Shown here: positions 19,312 to 27,218 of the stretch, piece after piece
How the letters are laid out: each line of letters opens with the position of its first letter
Position numbering within the stretch: the first letter of the stretch is position 1
Assembly (NCBI GenBank): GCA_022711395.1
Contig: JAKLFA010000003.1
Location: 226,509-290,508 of the forward strand
Origin: Candidatus Omnitrophota bacterium
GTDB taxonomy: Bacteria; Omnitrophota; Gorgyraeia; Zapsychrales; JANLHA01
Length of the DNA: 64,000 nucleotides
Reading direction: 5' to 3'
Notes under the pieces: model-generated
Databases searched by the model: none
What the model saw: only the letters and a program-made list of their open reading frames with translations
What the model was told of the DNA's origin: nothing
Position numbers and translations under genes: made by a program

Positions 19312-20493
19312 CTAAACCTTACTGCGTTCTACAGCCATCGCGATCGCGCCGCCCCCTCCGGAACACACACAAGCGACCCCCACCTTTCGGTCAAAACTCT
19401 TCAAAGCCCGGGTCAGGGTCACCAGAATTCGAGCGCCAGCGGCCCCTAACGGGTGGCCTAAAGCGACATCTCCTCCGCAAACATTGATCTTTTCCCAATC
19501 CAATGCCAATTCTTTCTGAGTTAGAACGACCTGCGCCGCGAACGCCTCGCTCAGTTCCAAAAGATCCAATTCTTCGAGCTTCAGTTGACAGCGCTTCAGA
19601 CACTGCTTCACCGCGTCAACGCCTAACGTAAAAACTTCATGCGGGTCACCGGCGATCACGCTATAGCCCAGGACCCTGGCCAACGGCTTCAAATGGTGTT
19701 TTTCAACCGCGTCTTGCGAGGCCAGCATAACGGCCGCGGCCCCGTCGCACGGAAGGGAAGAATTCCCCGCCGTCACGGTGCCGTTCTTTTTAAAAGCAGC
19801 GGGAAATTGATTGAAGATCGCGCGGTCCACCATCTTACGCACGGTTTCATCCACGATGATCCGTTTGCCGGATGGAAGCAAAAGCGGCAGGATCTCCTCT
19901 TCAAAACACCCTTGAGCCTGCGCCCGGATCGCTTTCTGATAGCTTTGAAAAGCGTAATCATCCTGTTCTTTTCGGGAGATCCCGTGCTCCTGGGCCATCT
20001 CTTCACAAAGAAGGCCCATATGCTTGTCCGTGACCGAACACCAAAGCCCATCATGAATAAGGCTCTCATGCAATCCGCGTTTTGTTTTTTCATCATGGGC
20101 GCGCTTGAAGACCAGTTCCGGGGAGTGCGACGCGCTTTCGCTTCCTCCGGCGACCACGATATCCGCGTCTCCGGTCAGGATCGACTGTGTCGCCATCACC
20201 GCGGCCTGAAGGCCGGAACCGCAGACATGATTGATCACATAGCCCGGAGTTGTCACGGGAAGCCCCGCGGAAATGATCGCCCGGCGCAAAAAATTCTGCC
20301 CGGCGCCGGCAGAGACCGTGTTTCCCATAATGACATGGGATAGATATGATCTTAAGACCGGCTGGCGCTGAAGGATCCCTCTTAACACATGAACGGCCAG
20401 CTGCGAAACATCAAATTCCTGAAGAACGCTGAACGCCCTCGCCATGGGGGTTCGCAGCGCATCGATGATGTAAACATTGTTTTGAAGTCTCAT
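19312..20493 (-). CDS. Acetyl-CoA C-acetyltransferase (thiolase II)
   Basis: 393 aa. Thiolase active-site regions are present (NHVCGSGLQA; C-terminal GVACVCSGGGGAIAMAVE). Confidence 0.9.
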   Translation of the reverse strand: MRLQNNVYIIDALRTPMARAFSVLQEFDVSQLAVHVLRGILQRQPVLRSYLSHVIMGNTVSAGAGQNFLRRAIISAGLPVTTPGYVINHVCGSGLQAAVMATQSILTGDADIVVAGGSESASHSPELVFKRAHDEKTKRGLHESLIHDGLWCSVTDKHMGLLCEEMAQEHGISRKEQDDYAFQSYQKAIRAQAQGCFEEEILPLLLPSGKRIIVDETVRKMVDRAIFNQFPAAFKKNGTVTAGNSSLPCDGAAAVMLASQDAVEKHHLKPLARVLGYSVIAGDPHEVFTLGVDAVKQCLKRCQLKLEELDLLELSEAFAAQVVLTQKELALDWEKINVCGGDVALGHPLGAAGARILVTLTRALKSFDRKVGVACVCSGGGGAIAMAVERSKV

Positions 20494-20504
20494 GTCTTTT
20501 CCGT

Positions 20505-21605
20505 TTATAACAGGCTGAGGATCTCGTCGACATTAACATGCTCTTCAACGAGCCGTTTTGCTTCCATGATCTTTTCTTTATCATTGGTCTGGATCTTACA
20601 GACGTAATTATCTAGCTTTCCTGCGACCGTGTAGGTCTCTTCCGGCGTGACCATGACGGGGATCCCGCTGCGCCTTAGAAGGCGCATGATCTTGGTGTCA
20701 GGCACAAGCCCTCCCGTCAAAATGATCCCAACCACCTGCCGCCTCCGGTTCTGCACGACCAAATGGGAACTCACGGCCACCATGATGTTGTCGATGCGGT
20801 CCCCCGAGGTCAGGACCAGCGTGCCTGACGAAATATGGTCCACCATGTTTGCCGGCTCCATGGCCGCGACGATGGTGTTGCGAACGCGTTTGTGAAGGTT
20901 CTCTTTTCCGCAAAGGAGCTTCAGGTTCAGCTGCCCCATCAACTGTTCAACCGTCGGATCGCTCAAGATCGGCTGTTTGGGGATCACCCCGAAAAGCCTT
21001 AAACCCTTATTCGCCAGGCCTCTGGTCAGGGCAGCCTTGATGCGGTCGAACTTTTCCGGCAGGACCTTATTAATGATCACGCCCAGGACTTCCACTCCCT
21101 TCACATCGAATAGCGCCTTGTTAAGCATGATCTCATCAATGCTCCGGCCGATCCCGCCTTCTGAAACCATAATGACCTTTGATCCCAGCATCTGGGCGAC
21201 ATCGGCGTTGGAAACATCGACGACAGAACCAACACCCGCGTGTCCAGTGCCTTCGACAATGATCGATTGTTTCTGTTTCGTTAATTTATAAAAAGCTTTC
21301 AGGATCTTATTGTGCAGCATCTCTTTTTTGGGATTGAAAATATACTGTTCGGTGAACCCGTGACCGACCGTCACCGGGCTCATCGTCTTAAAGTCCTTGC
21401 GGCAGCGGAAGACCGATCCGATCAGATAGCAGTCCTTATCAATATCAAGGCCGCCCACATGAACGGTCTGCTGGCCGACCGGCTTGAGGAATGCCGGATG
21501 AAGTTTGCGTTCCTGAAAAGAACGGAATAACCCTAAGGCAACGGTCGTTTTTCCCGCGTTTTGATAGATCGAGGATATATACAGGTTCCTTAAATGCCCC
21601 ATCAC
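20505..21605 (-). CDS. Standalone phosphotransacetylase N-terminal-domain-like protein (BioD-like P-loop fold plus DRTGG domain). It has no PTA_PTB catalytic domain.
   Basis: 366 aa. The N-terminus NLYISSIYQNAGKTTVALGLF resembles the Pta N-terminal domain, and the C-terminal half matches the DRTGG domain organisation. Confidence 0.65.
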   Translation of the reverse strand: MMGHLRNLYISSIYQNAGKTTVALGLFRSFQERKLHPAFLKPVGQQTVHVGGLDIDKDCYLIGSVFRCRKDFKTMSPVTVGHGFTEQYIFNPKKEMLHNKILKAFYKLTKQKQSIIVEGTGHAGVGSVVDVSNADVAQMLGSKVIMVSEGGIGRSIDEIMLNKALFDVKGVEVLGVIINKVLPEKFDRIKAALTRGLANKGLRLFGVIPKQPILSDPTVEQLMGQLNLKLLCGKENLHKRVRNTIVAAMEPANMVDHISSGTLVLTSGDRIDNIMVAVSSHLVVQNRRRQVVGIILTGGLVPDTKIMRLLRRSGIPVMVTPEETYTVAGKLDNYVCKIQTNDKEKIMEAKRLVEEHVNVDEILSLL

Positions 21606-21796
21606 GCCCTCACTCGTTTTTGGTCAATAACGGTTGTGGAAATCCCTTTGAACGCCATTTTTTAAAACCATTCTTCCGCCGATAGCGTATCCCGAAAAAG
21701 CTGAGCTATTATACGATAAAACGCCTCTTTGAACAAGGCTTCCCCCTAGACAAAATTATATTAATATATATACTTAAAACACACAGGGAGCCGATC

Positions 21797-22720
21797 ATGA
21801 ATAAACAAGAAATGGTTGTTTTAATCCTTTTTCTTCTTTTTTGGGCCTCTCTCTATCTGCACGAACTGAAATTTCTTCTATCAGCCATAAAGAACAGGTC
21901 CTGGAAATCCTCGAAAGCCGCCCTCCCCCTACATGCTATAGCGATGATCGGGATCCTGTTTCTTCTCTATGGCTATTTCTTTGAGCCCTATTGGTTAGCG
22001 GTCAATCATGTGCTCCTTAGAACGCCCAAACTCAAGAACACGTCTTTTACTGTTGTCCAAATTTCCGACCTCCATTGTGACCAAAAAATACGTAATGAAA
22101 AAAAGCTCGTGGCCATCATCAACCGGATCAAGCCAGATATCATTGTCTTTACCGGAGACGCGGTCAATGATCCCCGGGCCCTCGGTCTTTTTAAAGGCAC
22201 CTTGCGCGATCTCAACGCCAGTCTGGGAAAATTTGCCGTAAAAGGGAACTGGGACGTCTGGATTGACGATCAGGACGGCCTCTTTAACGATACCGGTTTT
22301 CAGGAAGTGAACGGACGGCTGGTCAGGGTCGAAAAAAACGGCGAAGTTGTTTTTCTCACGGGCCTGAATTCCGGAAGCGGCCCGGAAAATCTGTCCTTCT
22401 CAGAAAAAGATTTGAAAGACTCCTACAGCATGCTGCTTTGCCACTATCCCGGGATCCATGAAGAATTGAAAGCGCCATCTTTTGATCTATACCTCTCAGG
22501 CCACACTCACGGCGGACAAGTATCATTGCCGGTCTATGGCGCGTTGATCACGCTTTCAAAATACGGAAAAAAATACGCCTCGGGAAAATATCAGGATGGA
22601 ACCAAAACCATCTATGTCCATAATGGGGTGGGAATGGAAGGCGGCCACGCGCCTAGAATTAGAATTTTTTCAAGACCGGAGATCGCCGTCTTTCAAATAT
22701 CCCCGTTAGACAAACATTGA
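21797..22720 (+). CDS. Membrane-anchored metallophosphoesterase (calcineurin-like)
   Basis: Two N-terminal TM helices, then the MPP motifs QISDLHCD, FTGDAVND and SGHTHGGQ. Confidence 0.8.
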   Translation: MNKQEMVVLILFLLFWASLYLHELKFLLSAIKNRSWKSSKAALPLHAIAMIGILFLLYGYFFEPYWLAVNHVLLRTPKLKNTSFTVVQISDLHCDQKIRNEKKLVAIINRIKPDIIVFTGDAVNDPRALGLFKGTLRDLNASLGKFAVKGNWDVWIDDQDGLFNDTGFQEVNGRLVRVEKNGEVVFLTGLNSGSGPENLSFSEKDLKDSYSMLLCHYPGIHEELKAPSFDLYLSGHTHGGQVSLPVYGALITLSKYGKKYASGKYQDGTKTIYVHNGVGMEGGHAPRIRIFSRPEIAVFQISPLDKH

Positions 22721-22736
22721 CCAGCGACGGTCTCAA

Positions 22737-23294
22737 TTATTTTTCACCTGGTCTGAATTCGGCAGGCTGAAGGTAGCTTTTCAGCGCGTTAAGCGTCTGG
22801 AATCCGATCTTGCCGTCCGGCTTCAAACCATGAGCAGCCTGAAATTTTTTGAGCATCTCCTGAGTGCGCGGGCCCATTTTCCCATCGGCAGAACCCGCAT
22901 CAAAGCCTGCCGCTTTCATCGCGACCTGAACGGCTGGGACATAAATTTCTTCACTCACGATCAAAGCATATCGGTCAAATTCCATGATCTTTTCCCAGGT
23001 GGCTCTATCAACAAAACGGGAAGGCTTCAGGCCGTTGTCCTTTTGGAAGGTCTCAATGGCATTGCGGGTATTGGCCCCCAGGATCCCGTCGGCATTTCCG
23101 ATCTTGTAGCCGAACATCTTTAACCGCTGCTGGATGCGGCGCACCTGCTCGTTAGGTTCATAAATATTGATCTCCCCAATCAGGTCGCGTTCCTGGGCCC
23201 CTTCTTTCTGAAGCATGCGGTAAATACGGTCGCATCCGGACAGGCAGCAAAGGCCGGCCGCAAAAAAGATAAGAAGAAGATAGCGTATTTTCAT
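22737..23294 (-). CDS. Lipoprotein with two putative peptidoglycan-binding (PG_binding_1-like) repeats
   Basis: Signal plus lipobox (LCCLSGC). Two repeats match the LG-Y-x-G-x-x-DG-x-xG-x-T-x-x-A-(I/L)-x-x-FQ pattern. Start placed at the internal MKIRYLL. Confidence 0.6.
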   Translation of the reverse strand: MKIRYLLLIFFAAGLCCLSGCDRIYRMLQKEGAQERDLIGEINIYEPNEQVRRIQQRLKMFGYKIGNADGILGANTRNAIETFQKDNGLKPSRFVDRATWEKIMEFDRYALIVSEEIYVPAVQVAMKAAGFDAGSADGKMGPRTQEMLKKFQAAHGLKPDGKIGFQTLNALKSYLQPAEFRPGEK

Positions 23295-23366
23295 TTTCAA
23301 ATTAGGCCCGTCATTGTTATTTAAGAACAACGCCATTATAACGCAAACACGTAAAAACATAAAAAA

Positions 23367-24590
23367 CTATCTCTTGAGTTCTGCGGCGAACGGCGAAAGA
23401 ACCCGGTCAAGAACTCCCTTCAAGAACGATATGCAGACCCCGTAATTCGTCATGGGAATGCCGTGGGCCTTGGCCTTTTCAATACGCGCCAGGAGCTCTC
23501 GTCTTGTGATCATGCATCCTCCGCACTGAACGATGAGTTTGTATTTTTTGATATCCTCAGGAAAATCCCTTCCCGCACAAGAGTCAAAGACGAGGTCCTT
23601 ACCGGTATAATCCTTGATCCAGCGGGGCATTTTTACCCGGCCGATATCGTCTTCGATCGGATGATGTGAACAGCTTTCGGCGATCAGTATCCTGTCGCCA
23701 TCGGCCAGCGAATCAAGGACTGCCGCTGCCTGCGCCATATCCGAAAGATTGCCTCTTAGGCGGGCAAAAAGGATCGAGAACGTCGTGCACAAAACACCCG
23801 GAGGGGTGTCTTTCACCATTTTATCAACAACCTGTGAATCACAGACAACCAGGTCAGGAGCGTCCTTCAGTTTTTTCAGCGCCAGCGCGTATTCGCTCTC
23901 TTTAACGGTCACTGAGATCTGATCATGATCCAAGGCGTCCCGCACGGTTTGAACCTGCGGAAGGATGATCCTTCCCTTGGGAGCTTCTTTGTCGATCGGA
24001 ATAATGAGCACCACCACCCCGCCGTGAGGAATAAGGTCTCCTATGATCGGCGGCGGATTTAAAAAATCATCCGGAACAACCTCGATCAGCCTTCTTTTAA
24101 AATCATGAATGGCAAAATCCTGGCTCTTCTTGTCAATGCAGGATATGATCAGCGGATTTTCATAAACTGCTTTGATCCGATCAAGAAATCCCTGGTCCGG
24201 CCGACGGATATCAGCCTTATTTACGACCACAATGAGCGGAGCGTTCTGCCTCTTTGACTGCTCAACAATAAGATCTTCGTATTCGTTCCATATCCCGGGT
24301 TCTGTCACTAAAACAAAAATATCTGAACGCTCGAAGATCTTTTTTGTTTTGTTAAGTCTCAAAGCAGAAAGTTCGGAACGGTCATCAACGCCTGCCGTAT
24401 CCAGAAAAAGGACAGGCCCTATCGGCAAAAGCTCCATGGCTTTTTCCACAACATCCGTTGTTGTCCCGGGAATGGAAGAGGTGATCGAGACATCCTGATT
24501 GGCAATATAGTTAAGAAACGAGGATTTGCCGACATTCGTCCTGCCAAACAATCCGATATGCAAACGCAATGATTTGGGTGCTTTTAACAT
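23367..24590 (-). CDS. hydF: [FeFe]-hydrogenase H-cluster maturation GTPase HydF
   Basis: 407 aa. It has an N-terminal GTPase domain (GRTNVGKSS, DTAG, NKAD) and the C-terminal cluster-binding motifs CSHHP...CGGC. Confidence 0.88.
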   Translation of the reverse strand: MLKAPKSLRLHIGLFGRTNVGKSSFLNYIANQDVSITSSIPGTTTDVVEKAMELLPIGPVLFLDTAGVDDRSELSALRLNKTKKIFERSDIFVLVTEPGIWNEYEDLIVEQSKRQNAPLIVVVNKADIRRPDQGFLDRIKAVYENPLIISCIDKKSQDFAIHDFKRRLIEVVPDDFLNPPPIIGDLIPHGGVVVLIIPIDKEAPKGRIILPQVQTVRDALDHDQISVTVKESEYALALKKLKDAPDLVVCDSQVVDKMVKDTPPGVLCTTFSILFARLRGNLSDMAQAAAVLDSLADGDRILIAESCSHHPIEDDIGRVKMPRWIKDYTGKDLVFDSCAGRDFPEDIKKYKLIVQCGGCMITRRELLARIEKAKAHGIPMTNYGVCISFLKGVLDRVLSPFAAELKR

Positions 24591-24598
24591 TGTTTTCC

Positions 24599-24847
24599 TT
24601 ATCTTTTGCTTACTGCTGATTTCACGGTTACGCCCTCGATGTGCCCGATCTTACCGGTCAGGGCCCCCACCTCATCGGTCGAAGCATTAACGACCAGCGT
24701 GATCACACAACATCCCTTTTCCTTGTATGGGATGCCGGTCCGGGCAACGATCATGTCTCCGAACTCGGATAAAACGGCATTGATCTTTTCAGAGCCCTTT
24801 TTTCTGTCCTCAACAATGATCCCGACAAAACCCAATCGTTTATCCAC
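24599..24847 (-). CDS. TM1266-family putative iron-only hydrogenase system regulator (small ACT-like protein)
   Basis: 82 aa. Its size and sequence resemble the small proteins encoded beside hydEFG (VGIIVEDR...GIPYKEKG...ITLVV). The stop is 9 nt upstream of the hydF start. Confidence 0.65.
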   Translation of the reverse strand: MDKRLGFVGIIVEDRKKGSEKINAVLSEFGDMIVARTGIPYKEKGCCVITLVVNASTDEVGALTGKIGHIEGVTVKSAVSKR

Positions 24848-24861
24848 GGCCTTTTCCTTTC

Positions 24862-24907
24862 AAAATAAAACCCCCGGATCCTTCAAAACGGCAAAGACCG
24901 GGGGGGT
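24862..24907 (-). terminator. Intrinsic terminator downstream of the AhpD-like gene
   Basis: On the minus strand a 7-bp GC stem (CCCCCGG...CCGGGGG) is followed by UUUUAUUUU. Confidence 0.4.
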
Positions 24908-24968
24908 TATGAATATAGTCCATCCCTAAGATCAGAGCCGCTGCTCCTTACCGCAGGAGATCAAAATA

Positions 24969-25310
24969 TTATTTTTTTAGTTCATCGATCGCCTTATCGA
25001 CCAGCGTCACATAGGTCATGGCGCTTGAACCGCCGACCAGAACGGAGATCATGCACGCTTCGAGCATCTCTTCTTTGCTCCAGCCGCTTTGCAGGCAGCG
25101 CTCGACCGCTTTCGGGATACAGATCGGGCACTTTGCGGCGACGCTGGCGACCAGCAGAAGCAGCCATTTGTTTTTTGCTTTTATCCTCCCGTCCTTGGTC
25201 AGGACGCTTTTCTCTGCCAAAAAAGCATCATATTCCTGAGGGATGCTTTTTTTGATGTCCTCCATCAAAAGATTGAACTCACTCAAAACATTTTTCACAT
25301 CATAGCGCAT
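24969..25310 (-). CDS. Carboxymuconolactone decarboxylase (AhpD-like) family protein
   Basis: 113 aa. The CMD fold carries a Cys-containing motif (AAKCPICIP). It is preceded by a strong SD (AAAGGAGGG). Confidence 0.65.
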   Translation of the reverse strand: MRYDVKNVLSEFNLLMEDIKKSIPQEYDAFLAEKSVLTKDGRIKAKNKWLLLLVASVAAKCPICIPKAVERCLQSGWSKEEMLEACMISVLVGGSSAMTYVTLVDKAIDELKK

Positions 25311-25430
25311 GGCCCCCTCCTTTGTCCCATTCTTCCAAAAATCGCCGGTCCGCCGGCCCCGGCCGAATTTCTAATATTGAGATCTATCCCGCATGATCTC
25401 TTTTATAGCACAAAGACCTTCCGCGGACAA

Positions 25431-27218
25431 TCATTCCGTATCTTTCTGCTGGCTTCGGTCCGTGTAATGAGTATGCAGAAGTTTGTGGCTTTTATGCCCG
25501 CATGGCCCTTCGTTCAAAAACTCCTCATAAAGTTTTTTGATGTCCGGGTTTTCGTGAGATTTACGGAGTTCTTTTCCCTCATCCTCCTTATAGATCGCCT
25601 GGATCCGCGCGCGGCGTTTTTCATCAGTCGTGAACCTCGGCTGGCCTCCGCCTCCGATACACCCGCCGGGGCAGGTCATGACCTCCACAAAATGATATTG
25701 CGCCTGGCCGGCCTTGATGCGGTCCAGTAAGGCTGCCGCGTTGGACAGGCTGTGCGCCACCGCTACTTTAAGCTCAACGCCTTCCAAAAAAGACCATTCC
25801 GGAAGGACCTTTTCCAAAGTCAACGCCGCCTCCTTGATCCCGTTAAGCCCAGCCAAAGGCTGAATATGAAGATTTTCAAGCGGAAGCTCGCGACCGGTCA
25901 CGATCTCGTAGGCGGTCCGGATCGCCGCTTCCATAACCCCTCCGCTGTTGGCAAAAATATCCGCCGCGCCCGATGAGAGGCCCAAAGGAGAATCCATGGT
26001 CCCTTCTTGGAGCTCTTCGAACTGGATCCCCGCCGACTGGATCATCCTCCCCAATTCCCGCGTGGTCAGAACATAATCCACGTCTTTAAACCCGCTGCTG
26101 TTCATTTCAGGACGGCTGGCCTCAAATTTCTTCGCCGTGCAAGGCATCACGGATACCACGACGATATTGGCAGGATCAATTCCTTTTTTCTGCGCATAGA
26201 ACGTCTTTGCCAGCGCCCCAAACATCTGCTGCGGTGATTTGCAAGAAGACAGGTTCGGCAAAAACTCTGGATAAAAATGCTCAGTGAACTTGATCCAGCC
26301 CGGAGAGCAGCTGGAAAACTGCGGCAGAGCTGCCGGCTGTTTATCCACAAGGACTTTTTTCAAACGCAAAAGAAGCTCTGTCCCTTCTTCCATGATCGTC
26401 AGATCCGCGGTAAAATTCGTGTCAAAGACCGCGTCAAAACCCATTTGCCGCAATGCCGTGACCATCTTTCCGGTCACCAGCGTTCCGGCTGGAAAATCAA
26501 AACATTCCCCCAGGGCGGCACGGATAGCCGGAGCGGTTTGCACGACAACATGCTTAGAAGGATCTTCCAGGGCCGCCCAGACGGCGTCTTCGTGGCTGCG
26601 TTCCATGATCGCCCCTACCGGGCAAACGGCCGCGCACTGACCGCACTGAACGCAAGGAACATCCTCCAACCCGAGCGCGAAGGCGGGTCCGATCACCGTG
26701 TCATAACCCCGATTCTGAGGAAACAGCGCCCCCACCCTCTGGACCTCGTTGCAGACCGTTACACATCGACGGCATTTGATGCACTTTCCGGAATCCCTGA
26801 TCAGCGCGGGAGAAGAATCATCGATCAGGCGCCTGGGCCGTTCCCCCTCATAATGAGGTTCACGAATGCCCAGGTCATGGGCAAGTTTTTTTAATTCACA
26901 GTCTTCACTGCGGTCACAATATTGGCAATCCCCTTCATGCTCGCTCAAAAGCATTTCAACAACCATCTTGCGGGCATCCCGAACCCTTTTGCTGTTGGTA
27001 TGGATGATCATGCCCTCTTGCGCGGGAGTCGAACACGCCGCCGCCAGATTTTTACCTCCTTCGATCTCCACAAGACACACACGGCAGGCTCCCAAAGGGG
27101 GCTTTCCTTCAAGAAAACACAGCGTCGGAATATCGATCCCGTTCTGCCGTGCCGCCTCCAAGATCATCGTTCCGGGAGCGACATCAATAATGTTCTGATT
27201 AAGCGTTATCTTCACCAT
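25431..27218 (-). CDS. hydA: [FeFe]-hydrogenase catalytic subunit (HydA/HndD-like) with N-terminal [2Fe-2S] and accessory [4Fe-4S] domains
   Basis: 595 aa. The H-cluster motifs are L1 FSSCSPGW (a variant of TSCCPxW), L2 MPCTAKKFE and L3 EVMTCPGGCIGGGGQP. N-terminal [2Fe-2S] and 2x[4Fe-4S] ferredoxin motifs are present. Confidence 0.92.
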   Translation of the reverse strand: MVKITLNQNIIDVAPGTMILEAARQNGIDIPTLCFLEGKPPLGACRVCLVEIEGGKNLAAACSTPAQEGMIIHTNSKRVRDARKMVVEMLLSEHEGDCQYCDRSEDCELKKLAHDLGIREPHYEGERPRRLIDDSSPALIRDSGKCIKCRRCVTVCNEVQRVGALFPQNRGYDTVIGPAFALGLEDVPCVQCGQCAAVCPVGAIMERSHEDAVWAALEDPSKHVVVQTAPAIRAALGECFDFPAGTLVTGKMVTALRQMGFDAVFDTNFTADLTIMEEGTELLLRLKKVLVDKQPAALPQFSSCSPGWIKFTEHFYPEFLPNLSSCKSPQQMFGALAKTFYAQKKGIDPANIVVVSVMPCTAKKFEASRPEMNSSGFKDVDYVLTTRELGRMIQSAGIQFEELQEGTMDSPLGLSSGAADIFANSGGVMEAAIRTAYEIVTGRELPLENLHIQPLAGLNGIKEAALTLEKVLPEWSFLEGVELKVAVAHSLSNAAALLDRIKAGQAQYHFVEVMTCPGGCIGGGGQPRFTTDEKRRARIQAIYKEDEGKELRKSHENPDIKKLYEEFLNEGPCGHKSHKLLHTHYTDRSQQKDTE

